Positions 52,136-63,084 of a DNA stretch of 64,000 bases are shown here, piece by piece. The stretch is taken from assembly GCA_039621445.1 (NCBI GenBank), contig CP154954.1, positions 8,062,634 through 8,126,633 on the forward strand, in the 5' to 3' direction. The stretch's first letter is position 1. Each line of letters starts with the position of its first letter. The notes under the pieces were generated by a model. That model had not been told where the DNA came from, ran no database searches, and worked only from the letters and a program-made list of their open reading frames with translations. The DNA comes from Euglena gracilis (Eukaryota). A program made the translations under genes and the position numbers.

Positions 52136-53124
52136 CCAGTTAGTGGAAAGCAACATCCGTGCAACATAAAAATGTTATGACAAAAATCACCTGTGGAACA
52201 AAAAAGCTCCAAACCGGTTGATTCCTTCTGGGTTTGTTTTTGTGACATTTTTGTTCCATTTTCAAACATTTTTTTGGTTCTTAACCTTTTTCTTTAAAAA
52301 AAATATCTCATCTCTTTCAGGTCTCCTTTCTCCTTTCTCCCCCCTATGCAATGGAAATTTGGGACCCTTCATTTTCATGCCAGCATGATGCCCGTAAAAA
52401 GCCATTTTGGACGCTAAAGGGGAAAACTTGGGCGGTCCAAAAATGGCAAAAAAAATGGCCAAAATTTTGGACGATTTTGGCAAAAAATAACAACCAATAT
52501 TTTTCACCATCACGGTCATTTCCTTTGACCAACACCCCCCCAAGCTTTTCAGACCAGGTTTTGCGTGGAGCTGAGCTCTTTTGCCGGGGGGGGGGGGGGC
52601 AACATGGACCCTCAAAAAAGGAGGCGCAAAAAACCACAAATAAACACAAAAAAACACAAAAAAAACACAAAAAAATGCAAATTCCATGTAAAATCCTTCA
52701 GGAGCTCCCCCAGGATGAGCACTGCTCCACTGGAGAGGACTGGGATGAGTTTTCCACTTTGCTAGGGAAAATTACATTTTGCCTGAAAATGAGCTTTATT
52801 AAACAAAAAAAATGGTAAAAATGGCAAAAATTTGACAAATTTTTTGGTCTCGAGGAATTTATCATCCAACTCCAAATCCAACAATCGCTGGGAAAGAAAA
52901 ACACAAGCACAAAAAAAGAAAATTTTGCCAAAATCGAAAAAACGTGTATGAAACGAAAAACACATTTGCGTTCCCCCCTGCTGTAACCTCGCCGGCGGTG
53001 GGTATGGGGGTGTGGGGGGGGAATGGGTGAACTTCACCGGTGAACTTCACCACCGAAAGTGCCCCCCCCCCAGTGAACGTTCACCGGGGGGTCTACAGCC
53101 TCCCCCCCCCCTGTACTGCCTAAC

Positions 53125-53570
53125 CTCCAGCGCTGTGCGATGTGGCTGAGTTCTGTGGGTGCCAAGTGAAAGGTCTTGGGGGGATTGCTCAATTGATATG
53201 CTAAATGGTACCTGAACCGTGGGATTTGACAAATTTAGATCGAAATTTACAATCGCTGAAAATAAGAGCTCTATGCCTTATGGCTGAATTATGTGGCCAT
53301 CTGTCGAAAGCCCTTGAGAAGCGCTTTCGATTGATGGGTAACATGGCTTCAGAAGTGTGAAATCTACCAATTTCGGCGACCAATTCCGGCCAAAATCGCC
53401 CATAAGTGTCCCAAACATGGGTATTTGGGGGGAAATTGGCTGTGAATCCTTGGCCGCCAGTTCGGGCGTGAAGCCGGAACCCTCAAGACGCGATTTCAAA
53501 AAACTGTGTCCAGGACCCCGGTTCGGGCTTCTGCCCAAACCGGCGTCCTGGACACGGCGATTCCGAAAAT
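53125..53570. repeat. Dispersed repeat, inverted homolog of 60020-60430; related units at 46740-46960 and 54620-55100
   Basis: Shared blocks TGTGGCTGAGTT..GAAAG..GATTGATATGC..TGG(T/C)ACCTGA and GCTTTCGATTGATGGGTAACATGGC. Confidence 0.75.
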
Positions 53571-56203
53571 GCACATAGGATCAGGGATAATTTTTTTCAA
53601 GTTAAACCCCCACCCCACACCCCCCACTGAGGTTTGTGGAGGCAGCAGTTTTTGCAATGTATGCCCGGACCCGCCCCACTCGAACTCGACTGGTCCGGTT
53701 GAGTCGTAACTCGAAAGGGGGGGGACCCGTGGGAGCCCCCCTCCCCTGCCTGGGCTCCGAGTTGTGTGGGGGGGGGGTATGGGGAAGGGGGAGGGGATGG
53801 GGGTGGGTGTGGCTTTTGTTTTTTTAAGCCGGCGTTTGAGACGCCGGGTTCAGGACAGAACTGGCGTCCCCTCCCACGGGTTTTCCGGACGCCGGTTCTG
53901 TCCTAAAGCCCGGCGTTAGGAACGCCGGTTTTGTCCAAAGCCCGGCGTCCGGTTTTCATTCCTAAAAATGTCACCAAAAGTGCCCAAAAGTGGCCCTAAG
54001 TTGCGGGTATGACTGTTTCAACCATCTAGGACAATGAACTTTGCCATCTGGGGCAGGGTTGGCGTTTTTTTTGTTTTTTTTAAAAAAAACATGTTTTTTT
54101 TTAAAAAAAAACGCAAAAAAAAACATGTTTTTTTTGAAAAAGCAAAAATTGACCTTTTTCTTTTGCGAAATCGCCATTTTTTGAGGAAAATTTTTCGGGT
54201 GTGGTTCGGGTGACGGGGGGGTCACGGGGGAGGGGGGTCACGGGGGAACACCACATTTTCGGTGGGCAAATTAGGAATCTCCGAAAACGAATTTTGGGGG
54301 GGAAATCCTTTTTGGCTCCAAATTAGGAATCCCTCAACCTAAAATTAGTATTTTGACACCAAATTAGGCATCACCAGTCTAAATTTTGCAAAATTTATGC
54401 CTCAAAATTAGGAATCTACCTGAATATTTTGTCAAATTAGGCTTCACCGACCAAGTTTCTTTCAAAAAAAACATTGCAAAAAATTTTCCGCCAAACCCTC
54501 CATGACGTTTTTTTTTGTTTTTTTTAAAAAACATATTTTTTTTAAAAAAAACAATTTTTTTTGTTTCAAAAAAAACAAGCCGTCAACCTTGATCTGGGGA
54601 CCAGTGGGGTGGACATCCAAATTTGGTGGAAATTGGCCCAGATTTGGAAATAGAGTACCGTGCAGTGTGGAAAGATCTGATGAGCACCGCTGGTCGTCTG
54701 TTGAAAAGAGCTTTCAATCGAGGGGTAACTTGGTACCCAAACGTTGCAAGCAGCCCGAGATACGCTCGCGATCGTCGGATCGGCCAGAATCTGAGTCGAA
54801 ACTTGTGGTAATTTTCAGTGATTTTTGGTTTGAGATGCTGAATAAACCTTACAGAAACGTTTTTCTCTTCAAATCGACCATCTGAGGGGTCCTAGGGGGC
54901 ACCAGAGTTTTGAAATTAGGGTTTCCCGGTGACAGAAAATAAGAGCTCCAGGCGGCGTGGCTGAATTTGGTGGTGATCGCCAGTCGTCTGATAAAAAGAG
55001 GGTGAGTTTGTACTGGGACGATTGACACAGCCAGAAATACCTACCGATCGCCGGAATTCGGTGAAATGCAAAATGGCGTGACATTGTGGTCCTGGGAGTG
55101 TCCTTTGACCGAAGGTTGGGGACGCCGGTTCTGTCCTGAACCCGGCGTCTCTAAAACGCCGCTTTAAACAAGGGGTGGCTGACGCCGGTTCTGTCCAAAG
55201 CCCGGCGTTCCGGACGCCGGTTCCGTCCGAAGGACGGAACCGGCGTCCGGAACGCCGGACTTTGGACAGAACCGGCGTCCGCCACCCCTTTTTTGTTGTA
55301 TGCTTGTTTTGGCGTTTTTTTTCTTCAAAAAAAAACATATTATTTTGTTCTTTTTTTAAAAAAAACACCAACTATGGATTGATGATTGGTTGATGAAATT
55401 GGTTTCATCTCAAAACTAAAAAAAGATAACCTTTTTACGAGGTACCACATCCCCCACCCTAATTGAATGTGGGACCTCTCCACGGGACCCCCCTTTTGGT
55501 CAATTGGGGGGGGGGGGGGGGTGCCGTCAATTAAGGGGGGGTACCGTCAAATAAGGGGTGCTTCAGCACGGAATCCCCAATTAGGGGGGGGGGGTTAAAA
55601 AATTCCCCGGGGCGTTTGGTCAATTGGGGGTTCAATTAGGGGGGGGACTGATCAAAAATTGACGCCCCCACTAGCAAATCCCCCCACGCCTGGGGAAATT
55701 TCATTGAAAACCCTCGTCGTGGAACACACATACTTCGATCCTACCAAATTCAAAAACTGCAAAAAAATGTCAAAAAAAACATCCAAAAATGAAAAAAATG
55801 CATTTTTTTTACTCTTTTCTTTTTTTTGTGTAAAGAAGTTCTTGGCAGAAATGACCCAAAAGTTGCCAAAAATGATTGAAAATGTGCATTGAAAAAATTT
55901 TACGTGCGAAACCTCGTGGGCGTTTTTTTCCTGTTTTTTTATAAAAAAAATGGTTGTTAAAATTACCATGACCCCCCCCCTTACTGTTTTGGTTGACATG
56001 CTTGAAAATTGCACCTCCACAACATCCATTTTGGCATTGGGTTGGATATTGATGGGATTGAGAACAACTAAAAACGACCAAAAAATCTCATTTTGCCTTG
56101 TGTTCCGAGAATCTTTTAAAAAAAAGTGCTATGGGGGTTGGGGACGCGGGGGGACGCGGGGGGGGGGGAGGGGGGGGGGGGAGACGCGGGTCTGGGTACC
56201 ATG

Positions 56204-56882
56204 TAGCATTGGGTATCTTTCGAAAGATTGGGAAAATATATTTCATTTCAGAAATATTTCAACAACATTTCAGAAATATTTCGAAAGATGAAAAATATTT
56301 CCCCCATTTTTGCAAGCATGGAGGATCCTCATACCATATCTTTCCCGCCATTATTTTTCCACCATTCCTTATCCTCCCCTCGCCATCCGCGCCTCGGGTA
56401 CCCCCCCCCCCTCCCTAGTTAGTCACCCCCCCCCAGTTAGTCACCCCCCCCTTTTTGTTACCCTTTGGCCACATACGAATTTTTTTTCGAAGGGAAATAT
56501 TATTCTTTTAAAAAAAACACCGAATTTGGCCATCGGAATTTTTTTTATGGTTACCATCCATGAAAAGTGCCCTGGAATGCCCAAAAACAACCTTGAAACC
56601 CCCAAGAATTGGGCAGGGGGCAAAATTTGGGCATAAATTGACCCCCCCCCCCCCGAGTTAGTCACCCCCCCCCTGTTAGTCACCCTTGGCCAAATTCCCC
56701 TCCCAAGGGGGTGACTAACTGGGGGGGGGGGGGGCACGGTAACCTCGCCATGCTTTCCCATTCAAGTGGATTGTCAGGAAGGGTCCATATTTCAAATCTT
56801 TCACCAAGGGTAAAATGTATTTCTGAAATTTCATGAAATATTTCAAGTGAAATATTTCAATATTTCTTTCGCCGCAATGCTA
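56204..56882. mobile_element. hAT-type MITE (TAG-initiated TIR) with a nested TA-flanked MITE at ~56399-56740
   Basis: TIR TAGCATTG...CAATGCTA; TSD GTACCATG at 56196-56203 and 56883-56890. Confidence 0.85.
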
Positions 56883-57212
56883 GTACCATGCTGGTGTTTT
56901 TTTAAAAAAAAGTTTTTTGTTCTTTTTTATGAAAACAACAAAGAATGTGTGTTTTTCCTTCAAAATGGCAAAAAAACGGGTTGTTTTTAAATGCAGTTCT
57001 ACAAGGCATTACCATCTCCTTGTTCTGCCCAACGCACCTTTGCACCCATTCTATTTCTTCTGTTTCTAGTTTTCTTTGGGTACTTGTTCGCTGTACGACC
57101 CCCACCCCCAAAACCACGACCCCCAAACGGCAGAGTCGAACCCTAACCCCAACCCTTATAGCAAAAACTGCGTCTTAGACGCAGACTCCGTCCCGAAAAA
57201 AACATGTTTCTT

Positions 57213-59980
57213 AAAAACGTGTTCAGCCCGCCAAATGCCTGCCCTGAAATTCGTGGTCATGAACACGTTTTCAATGAGGACATTTGTGGCAATGACACGT
57301 TTTCAGTGAAGGCATCTGTGTTCAGGCACGTTTTCAATGAGGGCATTTGTGGCAATGACACGTTTTCAGTGAAGGCATCTGTGTCCAGGCACGTTTTCAC
57401 TGAGGGCATCTATGGCAATCCCCAGCAAGAAAAATCGGCGTGCAAAATCGCAATCATGAAAAATCGGCGTGCGGTTGAGAGGCCGGGTGGTCCTCAACGG
57501 GTGAGGCGGGTCGGGGGCACTCTACAACACGAAGACGACAACAAGAAGGCTAGGTTGCCTTGGCACAACGACAGGGAAGGGGCGAAAATCACGGCACACG
57601 ACATGCTTTACACAAAAAAAGAGCCATACTTTGGTGGCCGCCGCAAATCTTGGCAATGAAAATGATATGCCAAACCGCAGGCGTCATAGACAACCTTGTT
57701 CAGCTCCACACAATTTGGATTTTTCGGAATCGCAACACCACAGAAACCACATTTCTCCTGTTTTATAGGCAGTCGGGACACAGCACGAGGCACAGGGGGT
57801 TGGTCAGCGGAGGGAAAAGAGCTGACCGCAGGAGCGGAACGTTGCTCGGCGGTGGGAAAGACAGAGGGAACACTGGTTAGGTCCTGATTTTCGACCGAGT
57901 GTTCGTCACTTGGTGGGGCGCAAAAATTTGCCCAAGTTGACCACCGTGCAACGTTCCGCGCCGTAGCTGCACCGTCGTCGTCCTCCTCGGTTTTCAGGGT
58001 GACGGACGGCGGGCAGGCGGCCGAGGGTTGGGTGAGGTCGACGTAGTCTTCGTCAACGTTGATGGCAATCATGTGCTCACTGCGGAAGTGGTGACCATGA
58101 AATTTGAGGGTTTTTCTTTGGAAATACCTGGAAAATGGCGCGTATTCGGGCACATGCGGTGCAAAGAACTCCTCCTCGGTCATCAGTCTGTGGTGGATGA
58201 CATAGGAACAGGGAAAAACATGCGTTTAGTACCCGATGGATTCAGCCTCTTTCTTCACGTCGGGAGTGGAGAGTTGCTGATCTGCTTTATCCTTCAAAGG
58301 CGCCCTGAGAGTTAATTAACAGGGATGAGAACGGAAAATTGAAACGTATAACACACGTCGTGCGCCGCCGTTTGGCCGATGCGCGAGAGAAAAGCACACG
58401 CCGCAACGGTTTCCCTTCGTGTTTGGTCTCACCACCGCCACTGTCGGCAACCTCACCCTTTGGTTCGGACTTTGTCCCCCGGGAAAGAATGGTGGCGGCT
58501 TTGACAGGGGTACTGCGTGACATTTGGTGGTAAATTTGGATGGTGTTGCGATGTACCATGAAGTACTTCGCGACATCATCCAGTGACAAGTCTGGCGCGT
58601 TGGCCAGTCTTGTCATCGCGGCTCTTCTGGCCACGTCTTTGAATGTCAACCGCCGGTCAACCTTGCTTGTTGCCCATGCAGCAACACCCCGGTACGTCTC
58701 CGGGGAGGTCTGCAGGGGTAACAAGGTGTTGATGGTGTATTTCGCGGAGTAACCAATTGCCATCCTTCCCGGGTGGAGCTTTTTCCACCAGCTACTTTTG
58801 TCGGCTGATTGCTGCAACCGGACACGACAGAGGATCGGATCCCTCAACGATCACCTGCCGCAGCAGAGCCGCATCCACCCGATCAAAAGCAGCTGGGTGA
58901 TTCTTCATGGTTCCAATTGTTGCAGTCAACATTTTTCTGCCATCCACTGTAACCCCCTCTATGAAGGAACCAACCTCCAGTCGACTCAACACCTCGCTAC
59001 GGAGGCCAGTGGTGAAACCCACCACCAGGATGTTCGCTCGTTGCGCCTCATAAGCGTTGGACCAGTTCACCCCCTTCAGCAACTGGTCCAACTCTTCAGG
59101 CTGCAACACGTCAGCTGGAGGCCGAACCGCCGTTGACACTGCCTTCCGTGCGCGTTCGCGCTCCAGGGAACGCGAAAACATCTCGTTGAAGTGGGGGAAT
59201 TGGCGCTCTGAGGAAGGCAACACTACTCCCTCGGTCGTTGTTTTGCGGAATGCCCGAGCGACGGCATTCACGTATGTCCGAAAAGAGGTTGCCGAACGAT
59301 TCCCTGAAACGAACAAAGTTCCCGACTGCTGCTCACGTTGAGCCACACATTGTTCAATGACACTCGCCTCATCGAACAACAGGCTGGGTTCCAGCTCCCA
59401 TCCCGTCCAGGCAACAAAGAAAGCATCCAGCTCAGGATAAGAGGCTTGCCGATGTTGACACAGTTTGGCGAACTCCAAACAGTTGGCAACAACAAGCTCT
59501 GCACCCACGGAGCCGGACTTTTTCTTTGTGTTGCCCTGTGCCAGCAAGGTGCCATGAAGGGGGTCAACCTTCGGCTTCTTGGGATCTTGCTGGTATACCG
59601 CGAGAGCAGCCAGGAACAGTTCCGTCCTAGGGGGTGGTGGCAAAAGACCATTCACAAAGTTTGCCGTGCGTTTGGCCATATTGGCAGGGCTGCGGGAAAA
59701 AGGTAAAAAAGAAAAAAAGGGGGGGTGACACGTTTTCAGTGAGGGCATTTGTGGCAATGACACGTTTTCAATGAAGGCATCTGTGTTCAGGCACGTTTTC
59801 AGTGAGGGCATTTGTGGCAATGACACGTTTTCAGTGAAGACATCTGTGTCCAGGCACGTTTTCACTGAGGGCGCCGTTTTTTTTGGGTCCGAATTTCACA
59901 AATTCGCGTTTTTGACCCCTTGCGTGAATCATGACCACGAATTTCAGGGCAGGCATTTGGCGGGCTCTGAACACGTTTTT
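57213..59980 (-). mobile_element. Tyrosine-recombinase (Crypton-like) element with 50-bp TIRs and internal direct-repeat arrays
   Basis: 57213-57262 is the reverse complement of 59929-59980 apart from a 2-nt indel; 57264-57408 is directly repeated at 59729-59872; these enclose the recombinase gene. Confidence 0.8.
57589..59679 (-). pseudogene. Tyrosine recombinase fused to a C-terminal PHD finger; spliced and disrupted
   Basis: ATG at 59679. YR motifs: GFTTGLRSEV (R), TMKNH (K), CPV, TFKDVARRAAMTRL, MVHR, IQIY (Y). GT-AG introns 58305-58356 and 58188-58232 join it in frame to CGFC..YDAC..YHFHC..(F)LCKAC. Lesions: TAG at 58792-58794, a frameshift near 58730-58745, and an extra T in the homopolymer at 57614-57620. 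Confidence 0.8.
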
Positions 59981-61199
59981 TGATACGAAAACTGTGTCCA
60001 GAACGCCGGTTCGGGCGTGAAGCCGTGTTCCAGAACGCCGGTTCGGGCGGCCGCCCGAACCGGCGTTCTGGAACACGGCTTCACGCCCGAACCGGCGTTC
60101 TGGACACAGTTGTTGAAACCGTGGATTAGGGGCTCTGGCTTCACGCCCGAACCGGCGTTCAAGGAATCCAGGCCAATTTCGCTCTAAATACCCATTTTTT
60201 GAACCTTTTTGAGCATTTTTTTGACCTCCGATCGGCCGATTGAAGTTTTCACAAATGTGATGCCATGTTACCCATCAATCGAAAGCTCTTCTCAATCATG
60301 TATTCCAAAAATTGACATCCTGATTTGTGAAATCCCACACCTCAGGTGCCATACGGCATATCAATCGAAAGCTCTCCCCATGAGCTTTCATTTGGTTCCC
60401 TTAAAACTCAGCCACACTGCATAACGCTCTGAAAATTGCCGATCGCATGTTCCGACCCTTTTCGCAAATTCCAAAATCCACTGTGCACCTGCTGTGGGGG
60501 GGGTTGGTACACCCCTCCCCCCCCCCTCTCTGAGGGGCTCGCCACGCCATTTACCCCCCCTCCCTCTTCCTACAGCCGGCAGACACAATTATTGGACCCC
60601 GCTGGACATTTTCGTTGGCCCCCGCTGGACAGGAAATGGGAGACTGGGGGACTTTTCTGTAGAGCCCCCAGGGAGACAAATAGAAAACCCCCCGGCCCAT
60701 GAAGTTTTGGCCCCGATGGACACTTTTTGCAGGGAAACCCGTCTGAAACCTGGAACTGAAAATTCCACGGCAGACGTTGCGATTCAAATGAAATTAGGGG
60801 GAATGTCTTTGAGAGTCTGCGTATTGATCATCTTCCACCCAAAAGGTGGGGCTAAGCCACAACTCCCAAAGTGTCACAAATGTGGAAGGCAGAGGGATCA
60901 TCCAGTAACTTCTCTGAAGCTGTTCCACACTGTCTCTCATTACCATGCCACACATTCACATTGATGACCAAACTTTCTGAAGCAACCTTTCTTGGTAGCA
61001 ATGAACATTCCCTAAACATTGCAATTGTGGTTTGTGCCCATGTTTGAACAAATATGCAAAAAATATAAAAAATAACCTTCACGCGTAAACAGTTTTGTGT
61101 CTACTGCGTATCATGCAAAGCAAGAGGCAACGGTGGCTGTGACGGGGTACACAGCTTTTCAAAATCACTAAACTCACCTTAATTCAGATCATGTGAAAA

Positions 61200-61381
61200 T
61201 ACCACCCCCCCCCCCTTTATTGTCCCACCGACCTGCCCCCGGGAGGCCCGACCGGACAATAAAGGGGGGGGGGGACAATAAAGGGGTACCAAAGGAATTT
61301 CATTGGCCGGGCCAAAAAAAACCCCAGTCGGCCGGGGCCCAGGGACAATAAAGGGGGGGGGGACAATAAAGGGGGGGGGTA
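61200..61381. mobile_element. TA-flanked MITE, same family as 50869-51040
   Basis: TA-CCACCCCC..TTATTGTCCC ... GGGACAATAAAGGGGGGGG-TA. Confidence 0.75.
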
Positions 61382-61501
61382 CAATGTACAGCTTTTTATG
61401 GGTCATTTAACAAAACAGGTGGTCTCTTTGCCGGCCAACATCCAAAACACTCTCTCGACTTTTACGAATGTCACCATCTTTGCACAAATGTTTCTCCATA
61501 T

Positions 61502-61604
61502 GTAAATCAACAGACACTAACGATTTCAGCAGGGGCGCCGGGCCGTGCGAGCGAAGCGAGCGGCCCGGTGCCCCTGCTGAAATCGTTATTGTCTGTTGAT
61601 TTAC
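61502..61604. other. 44-bp-stem hairpin with GCGAGCGAAGCGAG loop
   Basis: 61502-61545 pairs with 61561-61604, with two non-Watson-Crick positions. Confidence 0.9.
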
Positions 61605-62589
61605 TAAAACCTATTTTGTCTGGGCCCGCACGTCTGCCTTGAAAATTCATTCGACCGATGCAACTGGCTTGAGTTTTGGCCGGTTTTGTCTTTTTTTTCA
61701 AGAAAACGTACACCGTCTTGGAAATCGTTTTACACTAACGGATCCCTGTCTTGGAAATTGTTTTACACTAACAATAGCCTGTCTTGGAAATCGTTTTACA
61801 CTAACAGAATTGGCCTGAAATCCATTAGTGTCTGTAGAAATTCAAGTCAGGCGTCGGGCCAGGAAATAGGTTTTAAAAAAAAAGCTGTTTGGTCCATCAC
61901 CAGGTGAGCTGGGACACAGAATGTTACAGGCCGATCAGGTTGGCGAATGCCCAATATCGTTCACTCAAAGGGCTTGTTTCAGACCTTTTTGTTGTGCGAA
62001 TCCGAAAACTGCTGCAGTGTGGGGGGAAAAAAGCATTTGGTAAAGGTCTGGCCTGCTCCTCTCAGTCTTCTCCATCCACTCACGCATATAACAATAGTAT
62101 GGACCCAGCATGTCCACAACAGGCACCTTCTCAGTGTGGGTTTCAAATTCTTCAAAATCTGGATGTCCTCCATGTTTTTTTCCCACCCACCTCAGTGAAA
62201 AAGCGCTTTCTGGTTCATTTGTATCAAAGTTAAATTGATTTGACCATTCTTACATAACGTGCCCCCCCCCCTATTTGTCCCTCCCCCCAATTGGCATGAG
62301 CCCAATTGGCCAATGAGGGGGCGGCGGGGGTACTCGTTTCAAAGCCTTAGAACAAAAAATGTCTTTCCAGTCGAGGCAGTGGCATTGTCAGCACAACCCA
62401 CAGGTATGAGGTAAACAAAAACTGTAAGAACGGAAAGGGTGAAAAAAAATCACGAGTCCCGCGCAGAGTGTCCACGCGGGCTCAACGAAAAGAGGGGTAG
62501 CTACATCCTGGGGGGGGGGGGGGGGTAGTAGGGGTCGACCATGGTCCACCCACGGTCGCCCTCGGTCGCCCTCGGTCGCCCTCGGTCGT

Positions 62590-63075
62590 GGGGGTCGACC
62601 GAGGCCAGGCCGTATTCGGTCGTGGGGGTCGACCGAGGGCGACCATGGTCGACCCCCACCCCACGACGGGAACCCCCCCCTTTTCAGGGGCGACCATGGT
62701 CGACCCCCACCCCACGACGGGAACCCCCCCCTTTTGAAGGGCGACCATGGTCGACCCCCACCCCACGACGGGAAACCCCACCCCCTTTTGAAGGGCGACC
62801 ATGGTCGACCCCCACCCCATGACGGGAACCCCCCCCCCTTTCAGGGGCGACCATGGTCGACCCCCACCCCACGACGGGAAACCCCCCCCTTTTCAGGGGC
62901 GACCATGGTCGACCCCCACCCCACGACGGGAAGACCCCCCTTTTGAAGGGCGACCACGGTCGACCCCCACCCCACGACGGGAAACCCCCCCCTTTTGAAG
63001 GGCGACCATGGTCGACCCCCACCCCACGACGGGAAACCCCCCCCTTTTGAAGGGCGACCAGTCGACCCCCACCCC
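62590..63075. repeat. ~52-bp tandem repeat containing the palindrome CGACCATGGTCG
   Basis: Units start at ~62640, 62691, 62743, 62796, 62848, 62900, 62951 and 63003. Confidence 0.92.
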
Positions 63076-63084
63076 AAGACATGC

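Noticed and set aside
53120-53212. Apparent AG...GT bounded exon
   Set aside because: It is part of a dispersed repeat homologous to 60340-60430.
58792-58794. In-frame TAG in the YR gene as stop-codon reassignment or readthrough
   Set aside because: The same copy also has frameshifts and a Cys-to-Tyr change in the PHD finger, and I saw no in-frame TAG/TAA in host exons; simple decay is more likely.
57264-59872. 31/32-bp periodic repeats as a CRISPR array (also the 52-bp and 78-bp arrays)
   Set aside because: Intervening sequences are themselves repeated, so there are no unique spacers; no cas genes; eukaryotic context.
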